NCBI RefSeq assembly: GCF_963921235.1
Contig: NC_086097.1
Span: forward strand, 25,050,001-25,114,000
Reading direction: 5' to 3'
Length of the DNA: 64,000 nucleotides
Origin: Mobula hypostoma
Taxonomy: Eukaryota
Position 1 is the first letter of the stretch. Every line of letters starts with the position of its first letter. The notes below the pieces were generated by a model. The model did not search any database and had not been told where the DNA came from. It worked only from the letters and a program-made list of their open reading frames with translations. The position numbers and the translations under genes were made by a program. Below are positions 35,426 through 48,104 of the stretch, piece after piece.

Positions 35426-38400
35426 AAAAATATGTTTTAGATCCTCTCACAAGAGGAAAAATTGTTTCCTCATCTACTTTGTTAAAACCTTCTAGATCTT
35501 ATATTTCAACCAAGTTCCCCTCACTTTTCTGAAGTCTGGCTGGTACAAGTCAAATCTGTCAAGATGCAAGATTCAAGCTTATTCATCACATGTACATTGA
35601 AACATACAGTGAAATGCATCATTTGTGTTAACAACCAACACAGTCCGAGGATTCTGCTAGGCGCAGCTCACAAGTGTCACCATACATTGCGACGCCAACA
35701 TAGTACACTTACAATGCTCGGCAGAACAACACAAGTAACAGCAAAACAAGCTCCATTCCTCCATCCCTCCCACCCACCCGCATATACAGTCTTCTAACAC
35801 TAACCTTTTCACAAAGGACAACTCACCTGTTATAGATTCTATTCCAGCAAAACCTTCAGAACAACCTCCAACACATTAACGTACTTCCTTAAATCAGACA
35901 TACAATACTCCAGGTGTGGCCTTCTTAATCTTATGTTTAATTCTTCTAGCAGTAGACGACTTTTTAACTTTCTTAAATAATATTCACACTAGCCTTGTGT
36001 GAATAATGCATTAGATCCCTCTGCATCTCAGAACCCTGCAATCTTTAACTTTTGGTATAAAAGGGAGTATTCTTCCTGAAACTCAACAGTTTTTACATTT
36101 TCCGGCAGTAATTCCCAACTCCGCCATGGACGGTCAAGCCTGGCTGCAAAAGGAGGAGGGTTGGGCATTTGGCTAGCAACCCCATCCCACAAAATCCCGG
36201 TGCTACAGAAGCTCCAGAGACCTCATCCCTGGGAGAGGAAGGATCTTCAAAGATGGGCTACACCTGAGGACAACTTGAAAGACTGGCCCAAGACAGAACA
36301 CTCCGGCATGCTGCTGTCGTTCACCAATGCCCCAGCAGGGGTGATGGGCTTAATTGTGTAAATAAGTACAGTTCTCCCATCTGCTAGCATCAGGCAGGAG
36401 GTTCTGCACTATAATACTGTAACAAGGACTGGGGCCTTGTTATTATACTGAAGTAGCTCCCCCAGACTGTGAGAGTTGTGAACATCCTGGTACCACCCAG
36501 TACACACTCTTAATGACAGTGCCAATAGCATTATACTGTTGTATACTTAATGTTCTATGTACCCTTTATGTCAACTTTATGTCAACTTTATACATATACA
36601 GAATATTTTTATTATCTGTAATATCATTATGTTAATATTATTTTATATGCTGTATGTGATATATGTACTGTGTTTTGTACCTTAGTCCCAGAATAACGTT
36701 GCTTTGTTTAACTGTATACATGTGTAACAATAAACTTGAACTTTCCTGCCTTTTTGTCCTCTCCAATAATTACTTTGCTGTCTATTTTTGATCCATCTGC
36801 AAATTTGGTAACCTTATCTTTGGCACTTTTAATAGATTGTGAACACGAGGGTGGGATCCAGAAATATAGAGACTAGGAGAAGTGGTATGAAGGATCACCC
36901 ACAATCAGAACTGACATCAGTCATGAAATCTGCTGTTTTTTTTGTCAGCAGTACAGTGCAAGCATAACAAATTACTATTAATGTTCAATAAATAATTGTG
37001 TAAAAAATGAATAGCAAGATGGTGTTTACGAGTTCATGAACCGTTCAGGAACGTGACGGCAGAGGGGACAAAACTGTTCCTAACTGTTTCAGTGTGTGGC
37101 TTCAGGCTTCTGTAGCTCCAGCATGACAGTACTAATGAGAAGGCACATTTCCGATGGTGATGGTCCTTCATAATGGATGCTGCCTTCTAGAGACATCACC
37201 TTTTGAAGATATCCTCAACGGTGTGAAAGCCAGCGCCCATGATGGAGCTAGCAAGAAATCTTCTTGAACGGTGTAACAGGCTCGAGGGATGTGAAAGACC
37301 AATCTTCTGTCGTGTTCTGATATTCCCCGTGGGTTGGAATGGAATCCCAGTGAATTCTGTAGATTTAGGGAAATAAGTTCAGGCAACCATCTGCCAAAGA
37401 TCTGGATTTCCTAGATTACACTTGATTATGAATATACCTCACAGAACCCTCCAGTGGAGTTTATTGTCATGTGCATAAGTGAGGTGAGGTAGTGGCACAG
37501 TGACAAACTTGCCTGCAGCAGCATCATAGGTACAATGCACAGAATATAAATTACAAAAAATTATTATCGACAGCGAGAAACAAAAAGGCTGTGCAAAACA
37601 AGATATTAGTGCATAAAATCCACAATCAGAGACAAGTGCATGGTGGTCTGCATTGTTCCATTGCTGAGGTAGGGTGCAGGTCAATTCTGGAACCTGATAG
37701 CTGAAGGGAAGTAGCTGTTCTTGAATCTAGATGTGTGGGACCACAAGAAACCGCAGAGAGCTGTGGACACAATTCCGCGCATTATGGAAACCAACGACTC
37801 AGTCTATACTTCTCACTTAACATATTAAAGCTGCCAGCATAATCAAATACCCTGAACATTCTCTCTTCTCCCCTCTCCTATTGAACAGGAGATATAGAAG
37901 CTTGAAAGCCAGGCTCAAGGACAGCTACTACCCCACTGTTATAAGACTACTGAGCAGTCCCCAGTATGATAATATGGACTATTGACCTCATAATCTATCT
38001 CGTTTTAGCCTTGCTCCTTATTGTAAATCTACACTGTATTTTCTCATTCTGTATTCTGTCATTGTTTTACCTTGTACTACCTCAATGCACTGTGTAATGA
38101 TTTGATCTGTATGAACTATATCTCAATAAATCAATTTTGAACTTTTTTTTCCCAGTTTTCCTTTCCCTTGTACTTATGTTTTGAAATGATCTGTATGGAT
38201 GGCATTCAAAATGAAGTTCTTCCCTGCATCTCGGTACATGTGTCAATAATAAACCAAAGGGCAGAGACCCTTTTGAGATATCTCAGCCCTTGCCATGATG
38301 CTGAGTGATGTGACACGAAGAATAGTTGATCCCTCAGCTCTTATCAATGTAGATAAAAAGCAGGAGGAAAGTGGAGGCAGTTTCTCACCTCTGCTACAAT

Positions 38401-38948
38401 GAGCTAGAGCAGTCATTTAGAACTTGAACACAGAACGTAAACCATCACAGCATAGGAACAGAACCTGCAGCCCACAACATCTGGCTGACCATAATGCCAA
38501 GTTAAACTAAACCCATCTGCCTTTATGTGATCCATATTTCTCTAATCGCTTTTGTTCACATGCCCGTCTAAATGCTTGTTAAATATCTGCTTCTAGATCA
38601 CCTCTGGTAGTCCATTCCAGGTATCTAACACTCACTGTGTCAAAAAGATGATATACTCAGTGTATGGTGGTGGCTCTGTGTGAAGGGCAGTCTCAGGTAG
38701 CTAGCCAATGCCTAATCTGTTAAATTGGTAGCCTTGGTCACAGTAAAAGGAGATTAAAGGCCCAGAGGCCCAGAAACAGCCTGTCTAGGGGTTGGAGGGC
38801 TGTCCAGTGTGTGTGAGGAGGATAGGAAAGGGGCTTGTCTTGTTGTTGTTGTTGCTATTATTCTTTTTATTTATTTTGTATTTAGCGGCACTGCATGGAG
38901 TAGGCCCTTCCAGCCCTTTGAGCCACTCTGCCCCGATTAAACCTAACC

Positions 38949-39426
38949 CAGACATCCCACCTCTCCCGGAAGTTCTGGGATTCTCCCGTATATTAATAGT
39001 TGTTCCCTGATGCCCGCAAATTATATACAATACCCCGGAAATTGATTTTTTTTGAGAGAGAGAGAGAGAGCACGCGCCATGGCAGAGTGTTCCAACAAAA
39101 GAAAATGTAAAACGTACGTCACCCCAGACTACACTAAAGTGTACCCCTGCCTAATAAGGGTCAAAAATAATGACAGTGTTTCTCGCTGCACTGTTTGCAA
39201 CAGTGACTTTTCTATTGCCCATAGTGGGTTAAGACTGTAAAAGACATGTTGAGTTTAACAGGTGTCATTCGTTCATTAGCATAGCTAATGTTATTTAAAC
39301 CAGCTAGCTAGCTGCTAAGGAGCTACTCTATTGCAGACTTCCCACCTCTCCCAGAAGTTCCGGGAGTCTCCCGCAAATTGATGGTGCTACCTCCCTGAAA
39401 TGAGTTTTTGCAGGGTGGGATGTCTG
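38949..39426 (+). mobile_element. hAT-derived element retaining the transposase N-terminal BED finger; inserted in a SINE
   Basis: TIRs cagacatcccacc / ggtgggatgtctg; MAECSNKRKCKTYVTPDYTKVYPCL..RCTVCNSDFSIAHSG..CKRH; flanks ctaacc / ctaatc. Confidence 0.8.
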
Positions 39427-39859
39427 CTAATCTACTCATGGGACAATTCACAATGACCAATTAGCTTACCCAGTATGTCTTTGGATTGTGGGAGAAAACC
39501 GGGGCACCAGGAGAAAGTCCACAATTTCCATGGGGAAGAGACACCTTACAGGACAGCGCTGGGTTTGAACTCCAAATTCTGGAACACCTCTAGCTGTAAT
39601 AGTGTCGTATTATCCGCTATGCTACCATGACAATGGTGTAGTTCTGCTGAATATTGTGGGAATGCTACCTTGACGTTGTGATGTGTGGCGACATTTGCGG
39701 CCTGCCTCCAGTACTTCATTAGGTTGTGGTCATTATTAACACAAACGACTCATCTCTCTGGTTTTTGTCCTCCTCTACGATCACAATGAGGCCACTCTCA
39801 GGTTGGAGGAACAACACCTCTTATTCTGTCTGGTAGTCTCCAACCTCTTGACATTTGAA

Positions 39860-41080
39860 CTCAACGTCTCGACTAATAAAAACAAGTATTCCATAAGCCT
39901 TCTTAACCACCTTATCAACCTGTGCAGCCACTTCCAAGCTATGAACTTGGATCCCAAGATCTCGCTGTTCAGCAACTCTGTGAAGGATCTTGCCCTCAGC
40001 AGCGTACTGGCTCCTTGCATTTTCCCTACCAAGGTGTAACACCTCACATTTATCTTGGATAAACTCCATCTGCCATTTCTCTGCCCATATCTGCAGCAGA
40101 TCCATATCGTGCTGTATTCGTTGCCAGTCTCCGACAGAATTCACAACTCCACCAATCTTAGTACCATGCACAAATTTACTAACTCACCCACCTACATTTT
40201 CATCCTGGTCATTTATATACATCACAAACAGCAGAGGTCCCAGCACAGATCCCTGTGGAACTCTACTAATTACAGTCCTCCAGCTCGAAAATGTCCCCTC
40301 AACCACTACCTTCTATGCATAAACCAGTTCTGAATCCAAACAGTCGATTCACCGCAACCCCATGCATCTTAATCTTCTGGATTAACCTCCCATGAGGGAC
40401 TTTGTCAAACACCTTACTAAAATCCATGTAGGCAACATCCACTCCCCTACCCTCAATAATGTCTCTCGTCACCTTGTCAAAAATCTCAGTCAAGCTGGTA
40501 AGACATAACCTGCCCCACGCAAAGCCATGCTGGCTCTCCCTAATTAGGCCAAGGGTTTCTAAATGCTCATATATCCTCTGCCTAAGAATTTTCTCGAGTA
40601 ATTACCCTACAACTGATGTGAGACTCATCGGTCCATAGTTCCCAGGAGTTCCCGTTATTCCCTTCTTAAATAGAGGTACAACATTAGTTACACGCCAGTC
40701 CTCTGGGACCTTGCCTGTAGCTAGTGAGGACACGAAGATACTGGTCAAGGCCCCACCTCTTGCCTCCTTCAATAATCTGGGGTAAATCCCATCAGGCCCT
40801 AGGGACCTGCCCACCTTAATACTCTTTAGGAGTCCCAACACTTTCTCCTCCTTGACCTTTAAACACCCTAATGTATTTATACACTCAGTACTGATCGCCT
40901 AGTCCTCCATATCCTTTTCCTTATGAAGTACCTCACTCAAATTCTCTGCGTTCAAGCAGATGTTCCCCCCTTTATCCTTCAGTGGTCCCACCCTCTTCCT
41001 AGTTATCCTCTTGCTCTACCTTAATCCTACTTGACAGTAACTTATCATGCCCTCTTAACTTTCCTAATTCCCTCTCTTAG
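39860..41080 (-). mobile_element. Degenerate CR1 ORF2 fragment
   Basis: GPDGIYPRLLKE, VPEDWRVTNVVPLFKKG, YMDFSKVFDKVPHGRL, WAEKWQMEF. Confidence 0.9.
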
Positions 41081-41194
41081 TTCTTATGAAACATACCTCA
41101 CTATTTTTGCTCTCTTTTTGCACTACTTAATTAGTTTTAAAGTTAAAAAGGTATACAAACACAAACTACCATTTAACTGGGTAACAAATTATAT

Positions 41195-41660
41195 ACTATG
41201 AATAAACTCTTCTCAGGTTTCCAGCCTGGTACAGGTATCCATTTTAACCGATGTTTCGAAGATAAGCTCTGCCACGTTCATCGGGGTTGAAGCCTGGGCA
41301 TGTCTAGGCCGGTGGTATTTATACCCCCGTTGTCCGTCCCTCCTGATTGGTTAGTCCTCATCCAATTAGGTTTCTGCTGTCCCACCTTGTTTACAATTGA
41401 ATTCCAGTTTTTACTTAAAGCAAGACCTTCATCTTTGTTAAAATTATTTTCCTCTCGTTTTATTTCAATGGCTTCCTTTACCAGGCGGTCCCAAAAGCCA
41501 TTGGCCGGCACAGTAGTTTTGTGCCGTCGAAGTCAATCCTATGGCAATTGTGAATGCAGAGTTCTGCTGCTGCCAATTTCTCCAGGTAACCCAAACGGAT
41601 ACACCTCCTGTGCTCCTCGTTGAGGGTTTCTACTACACGTCCTGTCTGACCGATATATGC
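41195..41660 (-). mobile_element. Poseidon-like PLE 3' end (sibling of 24538-25273)
   Basis: FWDRLVKEAIEIKREENNFNKDEGLALSKNWNSIVNK; degenerate hammerhead at ~41244-41290. Confidence 0.85.
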
Positions 41661-41664
41661 TCAG

Positions 41665-42760
41665 TTGAAAGAGTACTGAGAAAATTTACAAGGATGTTGC
41701 TCAGTCTGGAAAACCTGATTTATAAAGAAAGATCGAATAGGTTATTCCTTGGAATGTAGAAAATTGAGGGAAAATTTGATGAAGGTATACAGAATTATGA
41801 GGGGTACAGACAGAACAAATGCAAACAGGCTTTTCCACTGTGGTTGGGCGGGCCTACAACCAGAGGTCACAGGTTAAGGGTGAAAGGTGAAACATTTAAG
41901 GGGAACATGAGGGGAAATTTCTTCACTTAGAGGGTCAAGAGAGTGTGGAATGAGCGGCCAGCACAAGTGATGCACACGAACTCTCTTTCAAAGCTTAAGA
42001 GAAATTTGGATAGGTACATAGATCATAGGGGTATGGAGGGCTATGATTCCAGTACAGGTCAATGAGAGTCGGCAGTGTAACTGGTTTGGCATGGATGAGA
42101 TGGGCCAAATGGCCTGTTTCTGTGCTATACTTTTCTATGACTCTAACATCTCTATGATCTAATCTGGACCCAACATTTTGATGCAATTACAAAGCGGGCA
42201 TGCCAGCAGCTATATATCATTAGGAGTTTAAGGAGACTTGGTATGTCACTAAAGATTTCAGTAAATTTCTACAGCGGTACCATAGAGAGCATTCTAACTG
42301 GTTGCATCACCATCTGGTATGGAGGGGGCCATGGTACAGGATCAGAAAAAGCTGCAGTGTTGTAAACTCGCTCATCTCCAACATGGGCACTAGCCTCCCT
42401 ACCATTGCAGATATCTTCAAAAGACAATGCCTCAAAAAGCAGGCATTCATCATTAAGCATCCCTATCACCCAGGGCAAGCCCCCCTTCTCATTGCTACCA
42501 TCATGGAGGATGTTCCAGAACCTGAGACACACACTCAATTGTTTTGGGAATACCTCTTCCCCTCCGTTATCAGATTTCTGAATGGATAATTAACCCATGA
42601 ACACCACCTCACAGCCTTCTGTCTCATTTTGCACTATCTATATAACTTTTTAAAATACATTTTTCTTATTGTAATTTACAGTGTACTTTATGTATTGCTG
42701 CCATGAAACAACAAATTTCACGACCCATGTCAGTGACAATAAATCTGATTCTGATTCTGA
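41665..42760 (+). mobile_element. CR1 3' end (41665-42150) followed by a Rex1 3' end (42170-42760)
   Basis: VERVLRKFTRML..; ESILTGCITIWYG..RQCLKKQAFIIKHPYHPG; (ctgatt)n tail. Confidence 0.8.
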
Positions 42761-42786
42761 GAAAGCTTTCAAGGCTTTGTATATTG

Positions 42787-42920
42787 AGTCCTGACGAAGG
42801 GTCTCGGCCTGAAACGTCGACTGCACCTCTTCCTAGAGGTGCTGCTTGGCCTGCTGCAGTCACCAGCAACTTTTATGTGTGTTGCTTGAATTTCCAGCAT
42901 CTGCAGAATTCCTGTTGTTA
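42787..42920 (+). mobile_element. Minimal PLE-tail insertion starting exactly at the hammerhead (core 42791-42818)
   Basis: agtcCTGACGAagggtctcggcctGAAAcGTCgact...gaattcctgttgtt; imperfect TSD aaggctt(t)gtat. Confidence 0.85.
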
Positions 42921-45900
42921 AGGCTTGTATTTTACTAACCTGACAATGCTGGCACTGGGCAACAAAATTATCCCAGAAGGCACATTCACCCAAAGAAGCA
43001 CTCTGCTCCCCTTCCAAAATAATGCAAGATAAACATTCTTTAGGAATGAACACTTTAGCACCTTCAGTAAAAGCCATAAATAGAGAATTTATTTAAATTG
43101 TAAAGTCTTTTCATCGTAATGTTTTAAACAGGTTTACAACAATTACTAAATCAGTCTGTGCAATGATCTTATTCAAATAGTAAGCCTATGTATTGTAAGA
43201 CACGAGTGCAATAATACAGCTCAATTCAAATTAATTCGTGAAGATTTACACACGACGATCAGGGTATCCAGTCACTACCAATGAAAGATAAAACACACTT
43301 ATATTGCTGTGCACCTGGAGTCTTTAAACGCTGAGCGAGGTTTAGCTCATTTATGCAGCTATGCAAGATGCAAATTATGTGGCAATTAAAGACATTTGCA
43401 TTTATATACTGTCTAATCAAGCTGAAATGTTTCAAAGCATTTGGCATAAGTTACGTTAAGAGCTGAGGCTATAGCAGCATGTACATAACTCGTCTGCACC
43501 AGGCACACACACACACACACACATAACTCCTTAACCTGTTTTCAGGAAGCACAAAGAACGAATGCTGATCAGGAGATGGGAACAATTCCTAGCTCTTCTC
43601 CAGAGACTGTTGTAAAGGTCTTTAACAACTGCCTAAGAGCCAGGACCTTGGTTTAACATCTTCTCTGGAAGTTAGGGATGGGAAAGCTATGTAACATAGC
43701 ACCAGAGAAGAGAATGGAAAAAGGTGTCTCTTCAGATTTTGGTGGTGGAGAGAGCTCATAATCTGGAGAAATATGTTTGCACAAAGAATTCAATAACCTG
43801 GAAAGGAAGAATGGAAAGACAGCAAAACTTCTAAAGTTTACAGTGCATGAGGAACCAGGAGTTTGCAACTGTAAGCTGTCTGTACTACTACAAAACCCTT
43901 GACAACATACGTGACCAGTAACATGGAGTAAACATTTGATCCCTGATTGGTCAGAGGTTACTCACTGAGACCAAGTGTTGCTGGTGAAATAAAGGCAAGG
44001 AAAGGAACAACTTCCTATGTCTAACAGTCTGGCGTACACTCAATGAGAGTGTTGATGGTTTCATAATGGACAGATACCAACTTCTGCCTTATATCTTATG
44101 GTCTGTGACATCTCTTGGTGGGGAATCCGCTATCCTCCTGCAGGGTTTGAATCAGTCTGAGTCACCGGCCCTGTAATGATTTTTAGTGCTGGTCTGAGCC
44201 ACAGCAAAAGATGGACAGGAGGGTTTGGGTAGGAAAAGGTGCCCAGGTTTAGAATTTCCAGTTTGCTTCCAAATATACTATGGAGTGATCCACACGTACA
44301 AAATGTTGGAGGAACTCACCAGGCCATGCGTCAAATATGGAGAGGAGTAAACAGTTGATGTTTCAGGCCAAGATCCTAAATCGGAATTGGAAAGGAATGG
44401 CATAGAAGCCAGAAATAAGAAGGCGATGAGAGGGATAGGAGTACAAGCTGGAAGGTGATAGGTGAGACCAGGTGAGGGGGAATAAAGTAAGAAACTGGGA
44501 GGGAACCTGTGTCCCGGTTAAGGGTCTCAGGCTGAAATGTCGACCATAGATGCTGTTTGACTGTTGAGAGCCTCCAGCATTTTGTGTGCATTGATCCAAA
44601 TTTCCAGCATTTTGTGTGCATTGATCCAAATTTCCAGCATTTACAAAATCCCCAAGGAGAGATACTTGCTTAAAAAGATTCAATCACTGACTTGGAAACA
44701 ACAAAAGTTAACAACAATTTCAACTACGTAGAAAGCACTCGAGCACTGCCAGTGCAGGAAATGCTGTAAGGAAGACACTGACTATATGTAAAAAGAGGCC
44801 TCCTTAATTCACGGTCTCTAGATTCAGTGTTATTCAAGGCACTTCACCAATCACCAATAGAAAGTCAATTTATGGCTTTAGTCTCTGTAGGCCAGTACAG
44901 AGATCCCACTATTTAACCAATGGATGTCAACAACTATATTATTCAGTTATAATCTTCTCTTTCAAGCTTGTTTGAACATTTGGTGTCCAGCAGCAGAACT
45001 GTTCTGCCATCTCTGTGTCCCTCAGTAGATTTACATGTTGACAGTCTTGTACCAGGCTTTTTGGTGGGCTGCATAGCATCTGGGATACTCTCCTTGCTCA
45101 GCTCAGGGTGTCAGCTGCAGGTTCCTTCTCAGAAGAGTAACCAACAAATAGATTCAGGAATTCTGACCGTCGAGATAGGTGCAAACATAGCTTTGGCTTG
45201 GCACAGATTCTAATTATCATCTTCTGAAAATGGCCAAAGCTTCTGTGAATTTCACTCCTCGATCCAAAGCAGTTTAGTCCTCTTCCATTCCCCAGTAAGA
45301 ACTGGTGATTGTACCTCATTCGTTGATCCAACTGTAAGATTAGAATAATCTTGATTTTACTTTAAGATTAAAGAATTTAGGCCCGTTTCTGAGAGCTGTG
45401 TTCATTGAGCATGGTTGCCAAAACAAATTCTAGTGCCTAAAGCTTATCTTCAGAGTTGGCTGGAAAAAAAAGCAGACATTCTTACTTCTTGCATGTAACA
45501 CATATATGGAATGATATGTCTCAATGGCATGCAAACAAAATCTCTTCCCTGTATCTCATTACATTTTACAATACCAAATCAAAGCAAACTTCTGGACTGA
45601 TCTTCGTGCAACACACACAAAGTGCTGGAGGAACTCAGCAGGCCAGGCAGGATCTATGGAAAAAAGGTACAGTTGATGTTTCGGGCCGAGACCCTTTGGC
45701 AGGACCGTGATTCTGACAACCTCCAGATTAAATTAATGACATAGTGCAAATTAGCAGGCACAGCTAGTTTTTGCCTCATTCTTTGTTTCAATAATTGCAA
45801 CTATTCTTTCCTTCTCCAGCTGTTTGCTTGCTATCCTTTCAAGAACAGATGAAGATAACATGGCTGTTTTGTCACTACACTGAAAAAGCTAATAAGAGGA

Positions 45901-46119
45901 CTGGCAATAAATGGTATTACTGGCATATCAACAAGTTTCGGCCTGAATCGTCGAATGTATTTTTTTTTCATAGATGCTGCCTGGCCTGCTGAGTTCCTCC
46001 AACATTTTGTGTGTGTGTTGTATCAACAGGTTAGGATCATTTGCAGCTGTGTGCTTCAAGTATCCCCACAGACAGTGACAGGAGTGTCGTTGCATTTATC
46101 TCAGTTCTGTGCTGAAATG

Positions 46120-46652
46120 GCCGCTGAGAGTGGTGGATTGACTTCCAAAATGCACACCTTTGTAAAATCCATCATGGGGAAAATGATAACCCTTTAAGTT
46201 GATACAATTGATACAAGGGTGAGATTCAGGAAAAAGGAAGGTATCCTTCTGATCAACAGTGACTGATCTTTGCAGGAAAACAATGGGAGGATGGCCGTAC
46301 TCTCTTTGATTATAATATTCGGAAGAAATCAATGCCACACATTGTATTGAGACTGCATGGTGCAGCAAAGACGAGGATGAAGTCATACACTACCCCAAGG
46401 AAGAAACAGCATAAGGGGAAGTAGGTCAAACTTGCTCTGCTTAAATACTATAAGGTTGATGAGTATGGGAAAATTTATTGCCTACACCGTGAATGTCCAG
46501 AGGAATGTGGTCCTAGTGTATTCACAGCCAGTCACTTCAACAAGCAATATTGTGTAAAGTGCTGTTTATATACTTAAGGTGCTTTAACAAGGCTGAAGAT
46601 GCAAAATTGTGTTAATTTTAATAAACATTAATGAAAAATTAAAATAAAAATA
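46120..46652 (+). pseudogene. RPS27A: Processed pseudogene of ubiquitin-40S ribosomal protein S27a
   Basis: ATG at 46150 (ccaaaATG); [87 protein letters not shown]; intronless, with stops and frameshifts; AATAAA at 46620-46625 then decayed poly(A). Confidence 0.95.
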
Positions 46653-47159
46653 GAATCAGTAAGGCCTTAAGATTTTTAGAGACCCCTTCACCTTTGCAAG
46701 TCTGGATTTCAGACACAGGTTGAGAAGGCAATAAACCAGTACACAATGCCATGAAGCCTGCTCCAGTACACATGCAAACCTTAAATAAAAGCTGAAAATG
46801 CTGGAAACACTCCACACCGTTTTTTCCAGGCCGTTAGAGGAGGTTCATGAGAATGTATGAGGAACATTTGATGGCTCTGGGCCTGTACTCACTGGAGTTT
46901 AAAAGAATGAGTTGGGGAGTAAGGGGGTTTCGATCTCATTGAAACCTATTGAATAATCCAGCACCACACACAAAATGCTGGAGGAACTTCAGCAGGCCAG
47001 GCAGCATCTATGGAAAACGTACAGTCGATGTTTCGGACTGAGACCATTCAGCAGATGCCTGCTGAGTTCCTCCAGCATTTTGCGTGTGTTGCTTGGATTT
47101 GCAGCATCTACAGATTTTCTCTTATTTGTGAATAGTCCAGCATGAATGTGTATCAACTA

Positions 47160-47720
47160 CGGAGGGAGTGGTAGATGGTGATTGAGAGTAGGTTTCCTTA
47201 TCCATGTTTGACCTGATACCACAAAAACTGTATGAGGATTTCACAGTCATTCCAGTCGGTAATGGACTTTAGTGAAGATAATCAGCTTGTTTTCAGTAAT
47301 GTGTTCACACAATGTTAAACAGATTGAGTGGCTGTTCTGCTGACACATCAAACTATGCAAATCCTAAAGCAACAGAAATGTAAATCCTTAATCAGACTAA
47401 CAAACAAAGGTACTAGTTTGTAGAATTAACTATCAACATGCAAAACACTCCAAGAAACTAATTTCTCATCACTGAGACACGAGGAAATCTGCAGATGCTG
47501 GAATTTCAAGCAACACACATAAAATCTGCTGGTGAACACAGCAGACCAGGCAGCATCTCTAGGAAGAGGTACAGTTGACGTTTTGGGCCGAGACCCTTCG
47601 TGGGGTCTCAGCCCGAAACGTCGACTGTACCTCTTCCTAGAGATGCTGCCTGGCCTGCTGCGTTCCACCAGCCACGTTTATGTGTGTTGCTCTCATCACT
47701 GAGAGTTACCCAGCACTTGC
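47160..47720. repeat. Low-copy block paralogous to 21722-22055, interrupted by a fold-back element
   Basis: Colinear similarity by eye; resumes after 47704 (agttacccagcactt vs ggtgcctagcactc). Confidence 0.85.
47478..47690. mobile_element. Fold-back PLE-tail element with 14-bp TSD
   Basis: Arms 47510-47600 and 47603-47690 are inverted and joined within the hammerhead; TSD tctcatcactgaga at 47464-47477 and 47691-47704. Confidence 0.9.
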
Positions 47721-48104
47721 ACTGATCGAATGGCTGAGAGACTTGATGGCCCAAATGGTCTAATTCTGCTCCTATGTCATATGGTTTCTGTCCTGAAACT
47801 TTTGCTTTGTTTCACTTCCCACAGATGCTGGCTGATCTGCTGAGTATTTCCAGCATTTTCTGCTTTTGTGTTGGATTTCCGGCATCTGCAATTTTTTCCC
47901 CTGATTTTCACGCAGACAACTCCAGTGAGTGAAGGGGATCAGTGCCCCAACCTGCGCAAATGAAGAATGATGCACAGATTCCTTTTCAAAGGGGCTCTGA
48001 TGATGTGATTGCTCCACCTTGCATTGTGAGCTGGGCTCACTCCTGGAGCCCGGCACACTGGTCTCCCAGGACGTTTCAGGCATAAGATGAGTACCATCCA
48101 AGCC

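Noticed and set aside
44575..44642. 30-bp tandem duplication as a functional element
   Set aside because: Simple slippage duplication inside a PLE tail
45610..46020. Single MITE with long TIRs capturing ~220 bp of host DNA
   Set aside because: The right arm has its own duplication (tatcaaca on both sides), so two independent opposite-orientation PLE-tail insertions are more likely
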